From positions 531,121 through 595,120 of the forward strand of contig MU006103.1 in NCBI GenBank assembly GCA_010093705.1: a DNA stretch of 64,000 nt, written 5' to 3'. Source of the DNA: Patellaria atrata CBS 101060. Its lineage: Eukaryota. The notes under the pieces were generated by a model. The model made no database searches, was not told the origin of the DNA, and was given only the letters and a program-made list of their open reading frames with translations. A program made the translations under genes and the position numbers. Below are positions 49,262 to 62,200 of the stretch, piece after piece (position 1 is the stretch's first letter; every line of letters starts with the position of its first letter).

Positions 49262-51136
49262 TTAAGGAAGCGAGCCACTGGTCATCCAGTAAGTAACATA
49301 ATTGAACCCTTGCGCATCAAGGTACGGGCTAAGATTAATCATCTTGCCTCCGGCAATTGCTGTAAATTCGAGGTTATCGCTACTACTGCGTTTCAAAGTT
49401 GATAGTGAGAGCGTTGGGTTAGAGTTAACGGTCGAACTACCATAGTTTCCAACTATGACAACTGGACCATATGCTACTGCTGTAAGGGATTTGTTATCGT
49501 TGGTCGGGAGTAAACGGAAGTTCATGGGTAACTGCACGGTGACTGTGTCTCCCGAAGTCCAAGAGCGTGAGATGCTTGCATATGACCCCGAGGTAGTGAT
49601 TACGCCCGAATCTTGGCCATTGATTGATATTTTTGCCCCTGATGTCCATGACGGAATACGGATGTGCATATTCCAATCACCGGTCCCGTTGACCTTCAAC
49701 GTGGTGGTGTCGCTGTTTGGAAATGTTGTGGTTTGCGTTAAGGTAACTGAACGTTGCGACCAGTCCAACATTGAAGGTGTGAAAAGATTGACATACACGG
49801 ATGATTCGTCGTGAAAGTAAATCGAATCCATGAGTTTGGTGTTTGTCTCGATACCAGTGCCCTGGCAACACCAGAAAGAGTTGTAATCAGTGCTATATGT
49901 GCCTCCACCCCATGCAGGACCAACACCGCGCCGTGCTCCTGGTTGAAGTGAGTGGAAATAAGTGACATGTCCGTGATGATCAGCTGGGTTCTGCTGCCCG
50001 ATCATTTGGTTGGTGATGACACGCTCGTAATAGTCGAAGTATGTGGTGCTGGATGGATCCATGACCCAGAGCTCACGAGTGAGTTTGAGCATGTTGTATG
50101 AGTTGCAAGATTCAGCCGTGTCTTTGTTGAGGTAGTTTGCAATGGCATTAGGGGCACGAAAGTGCTCAGCCTGGCTATTTCCTCCAATTGCATATGTGTG
50201 CGCGGTGGTAGTGATCTCCCAAGCGTTTTTAGCAATGTTTTGGTAGGTAGTGTTGCCGGTTGCTTTGAATGCTCTTGCAGCGCCGATCCACTTGGGCACC
50301 TGTGTATTTGCATGCAGACCGTTCAGTTGGTCTCGTCCGTTTGCTAGGGGATCAAGCACAGCTGAGTGGTGGAACCTTTGCGCCACTGTGAGCCAGCGCT
50401 CATCACCGGTTTGGAAGTAGATATCTGATAGGACTTCGCTCATACCTCCAAACTCCGTTCCTAAGATCTTTTGCATCTGCTGGTTGTTGAATTTGCTAGT
50501 CCGGCCATCCACCCAACCGGCCATAGCTAGAAGTACCGTTTTCGCGTTTGTATCCCCGATATTGCGCCATACATTGAGCAAACCTGCCATGGTCTTGTGG
50601 ATTGCGTAATATGGAACGTTGCTGTTGCTCAACCTACCCTGTTCGAGAGCTGTGATATCGGATTCTGGAAATCCAGAGAGGTAACCGGTGGAAAATCCGG
50701 CTGCAGGGTTGTTGGCCTGGCATTTGAGCAATTCTGCAGTGAAAGCCGTGGCTCGGTCGCGGCAAATCGTGTCGCGAAGCTGCGCGTAACACTGTGCCCA
50801 AGCTGTAAGAAAATGTCCTTGGAAGTGACTGCGGAATGGGAAGTCGGGGGCATCCCAACCGCCATTTGCTTGAGCTCCATTAGTGGATAGTCTATGGTTC
50901 GAGCGGAAGACGTAGAGAAGACGATTGATATCGACGAATTTCAGGTACGCTAACGTGCGGTCCTGGTTCTGTTGCCAACGACCACTGTTCAGTATCACCT
51001 GGCTAATGTCGAATGGGTAGGCCTTGATTCCAGAATCCTCTTTGACAGGCGGTACAATCTGACCAATTACGGGTTGAAGTAAAAGAAAGAGACTAGAAAC
51101 CAGTACTATGATGCCTTTATGGATGCAAAACATCAT
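49262..51136 (-). CDS. Secreted GH127/GH146-like (DUF1680) beta-L-arabinofuranosidase-like hydrolase, intronless
   Basis: Signal peptide; GGWDAP..FRSH..GHFL, HANTQVPK, GGNSQAEHF, ESCNSYNMLKL, FWCCQGTG. Confidence 0.9.
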   Translation of the reverse strand: MMFCIHKGIIVLVSSLFLLLQPVIGQIVPPVKEDSGIKAYPFDISQVILNSGRWQQNQDRTLAYLKFVDINRLLYVFRSNHRLSTNGAQANGGWDAPDFPFRSHFQGHFLTAWAQCYAQLRDTICRDRATAFTAELLKCQANNPAAGFSTGYLSGFPESDITALEQGRLSNSNVPYYAIHKTMAGLLNVWRNIGDTNAKTVLLAMAGWVDGRTSKFNNQQMQKILGTEFGGMSEVLSDIYFQTGDERWLTVAQRFHHSAVLDPLANGRDQLNGLHANTQVPKWIGAARAFKATGNTTYQNIAKNAWEITTTAHTYAIGGNSQAEHFRAPNAIANYLNKDTAESCNSYNMLKLTRELWVMDPSSTTYFDYYERVITNQMIGQQNPADHHGHVTYFHSLQPGARRGVGPAWGGGTYSTDYNSFWCCQGTGIETNTKLMDSIYFHDESSVYVNLFTPSMLDWSQRSVTLTQTTTFPNSDTTTLKVNGTGDWNMHIRIPSWTSGAKISINGQDSGVITTSGSYASISRSWTSGDTVTVQLPMNFRLLPTNDNKSLTAVAYGPVVIVGNYGSSTVNSNPTLSLSTLKRSSSDNLEFTAIAGGKMINLSPYLDAQGFNYVTYWMTSGSLP

Positions 51137-53071
51137 ATGAAGAAGTGGAGGTATGTAAATCTTGTTGGAAAGAATTGAAATATAACCTACAAGTCTTTAT
51201 GGTTATGTATACTTCATCTAATCCACAATTTCATTGTTGATCAACGATCGCTCACTTTTTCCTAATGATTTGAACTCAAGATCTCTTGATGGAGAAATAA
51301 TGTCCTAGACCGTGCAGTTATTCATCCTGGGTCCATCTGAGCTTTTTCTTTTGGACTCGCATTTCTGTCTCGTCCTGCAGTAACTGGTGACGTTACACAG
51401 TGTACCGAAAACTGATTTCCTCGATGTGTTTCCCCATCTGGACATTGTATTCGAATTGGTTCCGTATAAGTGGAAAACATAGATTAATTCACTACCTGGC
51501 TCTATATTAGCGCGCTGCATTTGATTGGTGGAGAACATATTTACGGTCAGCAATGAAAACAATTGCGGGGTCGAAAATAGCTGGATCCCCACTAGAGAAT
51601 AAATACAGAGAACATTGAAACTGATTATAGTGATAGATCCTATACGATGTATTATCAACCAGGGGAAACGATAAAACAGCGACAAACTGGACAATTCAAT
51701 TTCATGAGACAAAGCGGTTGGTGGAGAGAATTGATAATAAAATACGGAGATTTTTATCGCATAAGCAACGTGAGAATTTTTAGATCTAGTAATATTAATC
51801 GTATAAAGAGTTATCATAGAATAAAAACTGCTTTACCGTCATACTAGAAAGGATTTTCAGTACTCTGAGAAAAAAAGTTTCAGTTCAAAAGATTAACGTT
51901 CTTCCTATTAGGACTGGATCATATATAAACAAGAGATCTTTTTTCTACTTTTCATTATGAACAGGTAGGGTTTAGTGAGAACATAATTATGGGTATACAA
52001 ATATGACAGAATAAAAAGGATTTCGCCACCTAGCTTTACTTACTATCATTCTCATTCATAGAACCTTCTCCACATTCAAAGCTATCTCTATGATCCTACA
52101 AAAGTACCCTGGGTGACGGACGACTAGAATACATTGGAGGAGGTAGTGTGGCGATACCTTAACCCGCTGATAGTGACTTTAAGGGACTCTTACCTGTTGA
52201 TGGAATCCTCCATATCATACTCAAATTGCATCTTAAACTTCATCCATCTCTTCTACGCGTATACACTAACGCTTTATCATCAGTAATATTTCGTCGGAAG
52301 TTCTGCAATCGACCTTGAATTCTCGTATTCTTTCTCTCCACCATTAGTGGTAGATACCAGCTGCATTTAACTTCCCGTTATGTTTCCAATGCCACGGCTG
52401 ATTTATCAATATCAGAATCCTACTCTTCCCCTCGAGATCCTGTGAGTAGCGGACTAACCTAAAGGCTCAAGCCGGAGCGGACTGGGCGCAAGCATACAGC
52501 CAGCTATTCATCTAGGACTTTCTCTTGATCGATACTGAATTGGCTGATTCTGAAATAAGACCTTGGACGTGATCAGACGGATACGCTAACGACCGTAGAA
52601 AATCGGCCCGTGTGCTGTATAAAGCAAGGTTCAGCATGTTACTCTACTCGAATTCCAGGTACGAGTTCTTCTAGTTCACTGTGGAGTTGAATTTTTCTCA
52701 GGCTAATATCGGCTAATTCGGACTCTTAGGAATACCTCCCCTGTTGCATCGGTCGTACCCGACAATTATGGAACTTCCTATACCCGAAAGCTCCGATCGG
52801 CGATTGGTCGCCCCGATTGGGTCACAGAAATATCTGACCCACCGAATAAAAGTATTTGTCATATCCTGAGGTAGTATTGGAGCGATGGAATAGAAAATAC
52901 ACTACGATGGATGTAAGTTTATTGTCTTTCACTAAAAATGGCGGAGACATGACTACCTCTGCATTCTCTTCTGGTCGTTCTATAAAGCCCTTATAAGGTC
53001 TTCTCGCAGTATCTCTTTTCCGTTGAGCTTCTAATACCACATATGAGCTCTTCTAGGAAGCCTCAATAGCA

Positions 53072-53989
53072 ATGAAATACTTATTCAGTGTACCACTCAG
53101 AGCGCTCTTGAGTGCATGCATCGTGCAAGGTGCACCCAGCGTCAGACGAGTTGGATTTTCCGCGGAATGCAGCAGTATCAGGCTTGACGGCCCATGGTTA
53201 GCTGCGCTATGTCCTAAACGAAACGGACCTTCAATCGAAAGTACTGTATACCTGGGCTTCCAAATTGGAAACCGAGAGGGAAATCTAGAGGTAAGCTATT
53301 ATCCCAGAACTCACCACACTTTGCTAATAACGCTCCCAAACATACAGTGGGGTATTAAGTAAGCATTTAAACGCGCCCTAACCACTTCAAAAGAGCTCAC
53401 ATGCTCAGTGGATCATTCCAAGGATCTTGTAAGGACTGCACCCTTCTCAACAGGGGGTCAGTTCTTCAGTGTACTTGTCAAACTGGTGGCAGACCCACCA
53501 GAACCACAAGCATCAACCTAGGTTCGTAGGCCATACCCCTCTATTTTCAGGAGAGGCCCACTCCAACGACGAACTGTACCCCCTTGCTAAACTGTTGTAG
53601 AGGAGCACATTTCCAATCATAATGGACATTTACTCTCGGACCTCGCAGGTCCACCAACGGTCCCCGTAGACAAGAGTTTCAAATATCCGGGCTACGTTGA
53701 GTACAGTGTCCAGCCCAGCTCTGGAAATACGTGTGGACCCGGATTCAGCTTGTCTGCCGATAGACCGTACGTTTGTTTCTCGTTTGAAATTGCGACCAGC
53801 TACTGGCTGGAGTGGGAAACTGCCAGGTTCTTGAGGGGAAACCCTGGTTATGAGGTTCTGGCGTACGAGAGTAAAGATTGCATTGGGTCTCCTATAGGAA
53901 GAATTGGTGTACAAGGTGCTGCATCATGCACAACCTTTTCCGGGAAGGCGAAGGGTTTATCAATCCTTCCTCTGTGGAACTGGAGCTAG
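53072..53989 (+). CDS. Secreted cyanovirin-N homolog (CVNH) with an extra C-terminal Cys-containing domain (3 introns)
   Basis: Spliced: signal peptide, FSAECSSIRL...LAALC...IGNREGNLE|WGIN|GSFQGSCKDC...LQCTC...SINL|EEHISNHNGHL, then about 115 aa ending LPLWNWS*. Confidence 0.8.
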
Positions 53990-54559
53990 GTAGTGTGAAT
54001 TGAAGCGAACGATGAATGTCCCGGTCTGGTCACACTGTCGACAAAGGGTAGCGCAACAAATCGTCATTTTAAATCTTCCATTGAAATATCATATCAAACA
54101 AATCCGACTCTTTATTCCTCGATACATCCTTGGATTTCTCGCCTGAATGATTTCTTGAAATCGTTTCCTCACTGGAACAACCATTTGAAGGCAGCTCTTG
54201 TTCTTGGAAGGGTTCAACGTGGCACGCGATATGATAATTGTAGGAGTCAGTAGAACTCGGTCAGTCGTGGTTGTTCAAGTCCTTGCTAAATTAGAGAGTG
54301 TAGTAGTACGGTAGGAGTTGGGGATGAGGTGTTGTAAATTTCGTGAGTAGGTAGAACTCGCTCGGTGAAGTTCTAGTTTTAGTTCTAGCCATATTCGGCA
54401 TGGTCTTGCCTTATACGCTTCATTACTTAGGTAACTCAGTTCTAATGTCGTGGACATCAACCTTAACTCAACATTCATCATCTTCAGAATGTAAAGCAAC
54501 AAATAGGCATCAAATACCGAAAAAGTATATCAACGCCCACCATCAAGTCTCAAAGATCA

Positions 54560-55137
54560 ATAATTCCGAAAGTCACCCTCAAAGACCAGCATGAGGCCAT
54601 AGATTTCTCGAATTATCGCGCTCTTCAAGGATATCCAGACCTTGCACTGCTAGCTGAAGGCCATCTCCTGGATAAGAATGCGGATATACGAGCTGTTGTC
54701 GGTATTGACATTGAACCCGACAAGAAGCATCTGCGCGTGGACAATTCGCGCAAAGCAACGTTGTCGGAGTGGCGAGCTTGTGCAGTTCAAACCGACAAAG
54801 GATATGAGTTTCAAGTGGAAACTCTATCACTCAATGGAAACCTGCATCTCCGCCTAATTGTCTTTTCCAACAAAGAACTAGCGCAGACGACTAGAAATGA
54901 TGGTCCAGAAGTGATCGTCTCTGCTAGATAGACTTCTCACTTCTTACCGCAGCAGAATTTAAGGCGCAGAATTCGGAATCACTTAACGAGGATCAAATTA
55001 CCCCTGGGGTCAAGAGGGAGAATCGCGAACGAACGTTGCAGAAGATTTTCCCTCTTGAGAATGAACGAAAGAAGAGTAGAGCCGAGAAGAAAGTATTGAA
55101 ACGTAGGTCGGATGATGATTCAACTTACAAGAACTAG
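54560..55137 (+). pseudogene. Degraded fragment of a fungal restriction-endonuclease-like (PD-(D/E)xK) gene family
   Basis: LAEGHLLDKNADIRAVVGIDIE...SRKATLSEWR and a charged C-terminus; stops and frameshifts. Family recalled from motif resemblance only. Confidence 0.35.
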
Positions 55138-56599
55138 ACCATCTCATGGGAAGATTGGTTTGTCAGTGAAATATTACAATTCTGACCTCAAATTTGTGTG
55201 TCAAAATATGCTCTAGTACCGATCGCTGAACTATGACAGGATATTCGTTTTAGATTTTTTTTAAAATTTTATTCAGTGTATTGTTTTGTTATTTGTTTCC
55301 TCATTAAGGAGTCTAAACAGGCCCCACCTCTAACAATCTATTCATTCTCTATGAGGCATTTTTCTCAAACCTAACCACCGCTCAAGAGGGTCTCAACGCC
55401 TTATCATAGCACTCGAAAATTTAGTGATCTGCCTTCGCACATGCCGGGTTCCGCTGGATGAAGCACTTCTGGACTTCTACAGGCAACAAATTCTCGAGCA
55501 ATATGCTCTCGCTTACCTCTATCAGGCTTCCTCCTCAGTCTTTATGCTTTCTCCGCTCGAAGCTGTATCTGCGCTCGAAGGAGGGTAGGTCCCGCATGTG
55601 TCGCATGGTTCAGCCCCTCACTGTGTGACCGAGAAGCTTATTCCTCCCTCTTTTCCTTCAGATTACTGGTTCTTTGGTGGATGTACAACACCACTCCCTC
55701 ATATAAGGTTACACTGTCGTGAAACAGTACGTAGATGGTCAATTCCCGCCGGCAGCGCGCCATGCCAGTCATATGGTTGGCTTAAAGAACTCCTTTCGCG
55801 TCTCACAGCGTGCTCAGTGAAATTCCCGACCTTTTAACCCCCAGCTTCCAGGCACAAGCTAGCTTGTTATATAGGTTGCCAATCAGACGCAGGCCCATCA
55901 TGTACAATGCACGAATCAGAGAGCGCGGCTATTGAACTGGAGTCCGAGTCGAATGCGCCGTAGAGATTAAAGCTTTCCTCAGACTGCGTCTCCGACATTT
56001 CAAAGAAGATATCGCTATATTGATTATTAGCTTGCATACGATCAACATCCGCCTATCCCGCACGTACGCGCGATCAGCTCTTAGCCTATCGGACATGCGC
56101 AAGCGGGGCCACCGTAAGCGTTAAATTACAATTTAATACTTTTTTGCATCTACTCCTCATTCTTTCGAAGGGCGGCTCCACGCTTCGCTTAAACGCGCCT
56201 CTTTAAGCGCGTTTAATTTCTACTTTGCTGTATACTAGTGCAACTGATACTAGATTGGTCTTACGCTGACGACTGCTGTCCTAACATAATAGAATTCCTG
56301 TCAAGATTTCTACATTAGTGCCTATTTTACAACTTCACAATTGACTGTATAAAGAGTGCCGGAAGAATTAACATATGCAGTCAGCAGTCTTAATATAAAA
56401 CCTAGAGCTTGCAGCAGTTCTGAAAGGGTTTGGTAGAGTAACGAGAATAATCGAAATGTCTAAAGTAGCTATACTGTTCAGTTACATTAATATAATGCTC
56501 TGGCTTTTCTACCTTTCAATTGAAAAGTATCTTTATATTCTCTCCCATTCCATATTTCACAGTTAGAGTTAGTAGACGCTAGAATACTTTTTACACAAT

Positions 56600-57285
56600 A
56601 TGCATTCAGTAACCTTCATCTTAACCTTACTCGCCGCCTGCAACGCTGCCCCGGCATCGAAATTCTCCGCGCTAGACAGCGGCGTTGAAACGACCATGGA
56701 ATGGAGAGGTCCCATTACATCCGACGGTGCAGACGTCACCCTTACTGGAACCATCCAGGTAGCTCCTTCTCGTTACACACGCTTCATATCCTCTCTCGCA
56801 AACAGCTTACCTAAAACAGGAGGTGTACAAGCAAGTGTTAGAACGCAACCCCAACTACCTAACCGACTTTCCCCCGGCGGAAGGCACTTCCCTCGTCGCT
56901 CGCAACCGCATCTGGCCCGTTCAGTGCAACCCAGGCGGTGACTTCGCCGACGTCAATAGGATCTCGGAAGGGATCCGGTACCTCCGCGACCTCAGCGGGG
57001 GAAACGCGCGTTGCGGCGTCAATGGGCGTTCGTGCGCACGGATCAGTTGTTCGTGGGACGCTGGCATCTCGCTTTGTAACGACGTAGGTTTGACCCATCG
57101 CAAGTTGAAGCTAGCGAGCATTAACATGATGACAGAGGAATGATCATATCGATCCGTCGTGTAGGTATCTAGCGGATTATGCAGAGGCGATTGTGAATGA
57201 TTGCACTCGGGTACCTAATCGGGTTAAGGGGCAGCAGTTTGATACGGATAATTATAATGTGCTTGTGAAGCATAATCCGTGTTAA
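56600..57285 (+). CDS. Small secreted cysteine-rich protein, effector candidate (2 introns)
   Basis: Signal peptide, pro-region ending in LVAR, and a mature region with 8 Cys including CARISCSWDAGISLCND, ending GQQFDTDNYNVLVKHNPC*. Confidence 0.85.
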
Positions 57286-57996
57286 GTGGAGATGAGGGTA
57301 GCTATGCTGGGGGAAGAGGTCATAGGTTGTCAGAATGACGATGCTGATAGTGAGTATTGCGATATTGAATTTGAAAAATCAGTGAGGATTAATAGTTGGC
57401 TCCGTTAGATCAGTAAATTAAGGGTAGACATAGCCACTTACGCTCTTTTATATTCACTTTCCGGTGCTTTTTCTTATAAAGGGCGATAACCGATACTTTC
57501 CCCTTTGTAGTGATCTACCCTACTCTCTGTCAATTTCTTCTAAATTCGTCCGTTTTATCCGTCTGAAGTCGTGCTTTTGGGTATGTAAAAGTAGTATATA
57601 GTTAGCTTGTCGCCAGATCTCAGTTGAGGAATCAAGAAACTCCTCTACACTATCTTGGTACAAATTCTGACAACACACTCCCAAAAAGAAGCAAGGAGGA
57701 CTTAAAATCTAATGCAATCGACGGAAATCCAATCAATCAACATCACTCCGAATATTGACAGACTGCAGTCAGGCATCACGATGGGCCTAACGTTTATTGA
57801 TGTGGATTTAGCATTACTTCAAATACTCTACATGTTTGTTGCATTTATGAACTAAAAACTGATGGGTAGCAGATTCAGGTGGTTATGGAAGGCCTAATAG
57901 GAAAAGGAGCAATCAACTTGAACTCTACATCGAATTCATATCAGTTCCTCTATATCGTCTATAATCCCAACATGAACTGAGCAAATGACAATATCA

Positions 57997-59038
57997 TCAC
58001 CAGTCCTCCAGATGATCATCCTGCAGTATCTGTAAATTTGCGCCGATACCCGCACTAACCCCTACACCTTGTGCGATGGCTACCTGCTTTACCATAGTCG
58101 CACAGTCTCCAGCGGCGAAAACGCCATATCGACTTGTCTCCTGGAAGACGTTCTTAACGAAAATATCACCGGTGGGAGTTAGATGCAGTCCGAGCTGAGT
58201 TGCGAAATCACCTCTGAGCCGTGTCTCCGGATGATGGACGATGAAGCCGAAGGTTTCTGTGCTACCATCGGCGAAGGTCACGTTCGTGACTCCACCTGGT
58301 CCTATGTGCTTCAGCTGTGTGATCGGCTGGGTGTTGACCTTGACGCCGTTCTTCTTAGCCAACATGATCTTCTCGTGCTCCTCCAGCTCTGTCACGCCAT
58401 TCAACAGAATGGTGAGGTCCCTGGTGAACTGATGCGACAACTGAATAGCCATACCGGCGGAGTTAATCTCACTGGGCTTGGTCGAAGTGATTAGAGCTGC
58501 TGCGTTCCTCACTCCGGACTCCTCGAACCCATGACAGAAGAGGCAATGAAAGCTATATCATGTCAACATGTGATTGTATCAGCAAGGGGTTAGGCCAACC
58601 TTACATTCCTTTCCCCCATGCTTCAGAGTACCCAGGAACCTGTGGAAAGACGTCGACACTCCCGGTCGCCAGGATCAACTTCCTTCCTTTCCAGACGTTC
58701 CCACCACGGTCACGTATTTCGAAGACGCCAAGATATTCGATAACCGTTTCAACGAAAGTATCGGCAAACGTGATGGTCTTGTACTTCGTCGTCAGCTCCT
58801 CCTTCATCAATTTACGGATCTCGGCTGGGTTCTTGTGGTCGTGCGTGGGAACCGTGTGAGCATGCTGGCTGCTTTTGTTCCTGTACTCTCCGGAATCGAA
58901 CACGACGACACTGCGCAGGACGCGACCAAGGGCTAGCGCGGCGGAGAGGCCAGATGGACCAGCGCCTATGACGAGGACATCCATGACATTTCTATACTTT
59001 GAAGGGAAAGTGGGTGTGAATGTAGCTGTTGTTGACAT
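57997..59038 (-). CDS. FAD-dependent thioredoxin-reductase-like oxidoreductase (GliT-like)
   Basis: DVLVIGAGPSGL, LILATG, WGKGI|FHCLFCHGFE across intron 58553-58604, GVFAAGDC. Confidence 0.9.
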
Positions 59039-59207
59039 TGTGAGCGGAACTGGAGTTAAAAACTTGCTTCTCAACCCGATAATTGAAAATTTAATAGGGT
59101 AAACAACAAAGATTGAGTAGAAATGAGGTATGAATATATTTTTGCAATATATAGTTATCCGTCACGTACCCTTAAGCCATGGTCTCCGCATGCTTCACAG
59201 CTTTTTC

Positions 59208-59283
59208 ATAAGGCGGAAGGTTTTTACTACGGGGCGGAGGGTTCTTAGCTACGGGCGGAGAACTCTTAGTCAGATATCGGAGG
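59208..59283. promoter_or_regulatory. Imperfect tandem repeats of about 21 bp with a GGCGGA core, upstream of the GliT-like gene
   Basis: aaggcggaaggtttttact / acggggcggagggttcttagct / acgggcggagaactcttagt, plus a further tcggagg. Confidence 0.4.
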
Positions 59284-62200
59284 CTTTTCGCTGGAGGTCG
59301 GATGATTTATACAGAACCACCCGGCTTTGGTTGCTGAGATCGAATAATCCAGGGTGATTCGATTGATAAGCAAAGACTTTCACCTGGCCAATTGATAATT
59401 GTAGCTTGTGATTTGAATTATAGAGGGTAAGTGTGCCGACCTAGTCGTAAATTGATGTCGTAAGTTCATGTTTGTGGATCGAATATAGGCATTTCTTCCT
59501 TCTTGTATGTACACTGTGATCTAGCACGAAAGTTGGTCTGTCAATTTCTTAACCTCATTGATAAGTCGGAGCTGGACTGGTATATCTCTACCGAAAAGGT
59601 ATATCTTAGACTAATTAGAGGATGGTATGCTGTGAGCTCTATCTTTCTCTAGCTGCTTCAAGATGGGCATGGGGAGATTTTTGAGCTCCCTTAATAATGC
59701 GCAAACCATCTGCTTCCACAACTCTTTTGGCCAATGTTATCGATTGGCTAGCACTTACCTCCGCAGTAAGCAGGTCCTGTTGGCTACTTAATTCTCGAGC
59801 AGTCCCGAAATATTGTATGTTGGTGATAAGGACTTTAGAAAATCCGTGGATTGAGATTGTCTTCAACTTTAAATAATTCCAATATTTTGCTATACCTGGC
59901 AGTCATAGACACAACTACCGCGCCAACGAGTTACGCATTCTCCATGGCGGAGAGAAAACGGGGATGAGACTAGGAACACATTAGAAATCTTCAAGGCCTT
60001 ACCTCACGAAGAAAGAACACGCCTGAAGGAAGTTGGTCGGTTGAATGTAATTCGCCTACGCTTAGATTGACTGACAGAATATCGCAAGACAACCATAAGG
60101 CCCAAGGTTTTGCTGGCTAGGCTTAAACAATGCTCTCTATCTCTCCAGGGTATTTTTCTATAAGAGAGTTTAATCTGTGGATGTTGTTAGTCTTTCGCTT
60201 ATAGAGGTGGAAGAATGATTTACTCTTGGAAAAAGGGCACTTTGCAAGTATCGACGAGTTATACTCAGCGAGTTCTCTGGTCAGGTGTTCAGCATTTATC
60301 ACGGAGTTATTTCTTGCAGGTCTCGCTATTGAGTGTAGTAACTCGGCTGAGATCGCCCTCGTCTGGCTGGATGGTGCGTTAGGAACCACAGTCTGTAGAA
60401 TTTGCCCATTGTTTCTCCCTTCTTGACTGGTCTGGTGAAGCCTTAGTCACATATATCTATGTCCAATCCTAAGTCTAGGCCTATTCTGAGCCTGAACCTA
60501 AATGGACAGTCAGTTTCTTTATCGCGTTTCGGGAATGAAGTTACTGTAGAAACAAATACTAGTCCCTTTCGTCCCGTTCTTTAACTTTTTCTCTTAGGAA
60601 TCTGGACATCGCTGGTTAAACTGCTTGTATCTGGACTACCTAGTCGTTCTTTTGTTTCAGCTCCTGAAGCGTATGGTCGTGGATCACGTGCCTAACCGTG
60701 TGCTTGCGGACTGCATGTTTGCATGTCAAGTCGCCAATTCCAATGTCTATTTCGTCTGTTGTTCCGTCATCGCCAGCTTCGTTATCTGTTCTGTTGCCAA
60801 CGAGTTCTGAACTAGTTACTTTTATCCAAACTGTCAAACTTCCGCTAACCCGTCATAAGAAGTACCAGTAAATGCTCATACGCCAGGGAAGCGCATAGTA
60901 CTACTAAGGAGTTTAATTACCTAGAGCTCATACTTTCCACCTCTTATCGTATGTTACTGAACTGGATGCTACATCATGACCACAGTTCAAAGTATTTACC
61001 TCATTGACAGTGACGTAGCATATACTAACGATGATATTAATGCATCGTGATTCATGACAACTTCATAAATTGAGTTTGGCCGGTATTCCTAAATTCAAGC
61101 ACAAGATCGATTTACGAAGTTTCCCAAGACAATGACAAGCCTTAACCACTTTTTCATGGTGCCTTGGGTTTACTTACTGGCCAAGTTCAGAAGGCCCTTG
61201 GCCATATTTAAGACATAAAAGCACCCCGGCATATAAAGGGTAGAAGTTCTTCCATCTGTTAACCGGGTAGAGTACAATCTACGCCTTATAAAACCCTACT
61301 TGGCGTTGTTTCGCAATCGCGCCCAACAACAGATGAGTTAGAAAACTAAAAGGCCTATCAGCTGTCCATAGTAATGTCCATTTCGGGAACGAAAACCGAA
61401 GAGTGCGGTCTGGATATCCCGATATTGGTCCTCGAGTATGTATCTTAGAGCTTAGACGTCGTTCCAGGCAAAAGGCGAAACTTTCAACTCCGGAGTAGTA
61501 CGTTAGCCTCCGCCGACGATTCCGATGAGACTTGGACTTGTGCTTTGTATTATTGGTGCGAGTGGCAAGCGAATAAGACTTTGAGAATACTCCGAAAGCC
61601 TCTTGGAGTGGCTGAACAGGACGAATGGACCACGACCCACGAATCCGAGACAAAACAAGTTCCATCCATCAGACATTTTGCATTTTGTATTGGGTGTAAG
61701 CTCCACTCCAAGAGCCTTGGCATCACTCGCGGAGCGGCGGGTGTCGCGGGGTGGCCAAGACATATTTCCCTAACTTGTTTCAGCAAAGGCTCGGCGGAGG
61801 GCTTTTTCGTCTTGGCCAGACCAGAAATAACAGCAAGTTGGAAAGCTTACACGGTCGAATTTCCCATCTCTTCCTGCAAGTCGAATGCGTGAGGCTCTTG
61901 AGTCTTCGATAAGCTCTTTTGCGGATCTTCTTGACCGTCACTTACATTGCTTAGCTAATGATGAGAAACAAAAATTACATTGTCATTTGGATAGAAACTG
62001 GACCGATTGATGGTGGTGGTGGTTGTATATACTCCGCAGTCTATTCCAGTTGTCTCCCTCACTCTCTCCTCATAGCTCTAAACGCGTACCTTTCTCAAAT
62101 TCCTCACATCGCTTTAAACTCTTATCGACAAATTCGTTTTTAATTTGTTTGAAAGTATTGAATGCGCGACTTTTCCAAGCTGCCAAGCGGTATCGAGATG

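Noticed and set aside
51305..51817. 170-aa ORF upstream of the GH127 gene
   Set aside because: AT-rich, non-ATG start and no protein-like motifs; probably promoter DNA.
56189..56239. Perfect 10-bp hairpin (TTAAACGCGC/GCGCGTTTAA) followed by CTAG, as a Helitron 3' end
   Set aside because: The spacing to CTAG is long and there is no Rep/helicase or other support; it could be chance.
31420..59038. ETP (gliotoxin-like) cluster from the bimodular NRPS plus the GliT-like gene
   Set aside because: No GST, P450, gamma-glutamyl cyclotransferase, dipeptidase or C-S lyase; A1 looks non-amino-acid specific; unrelated genes lie in between.
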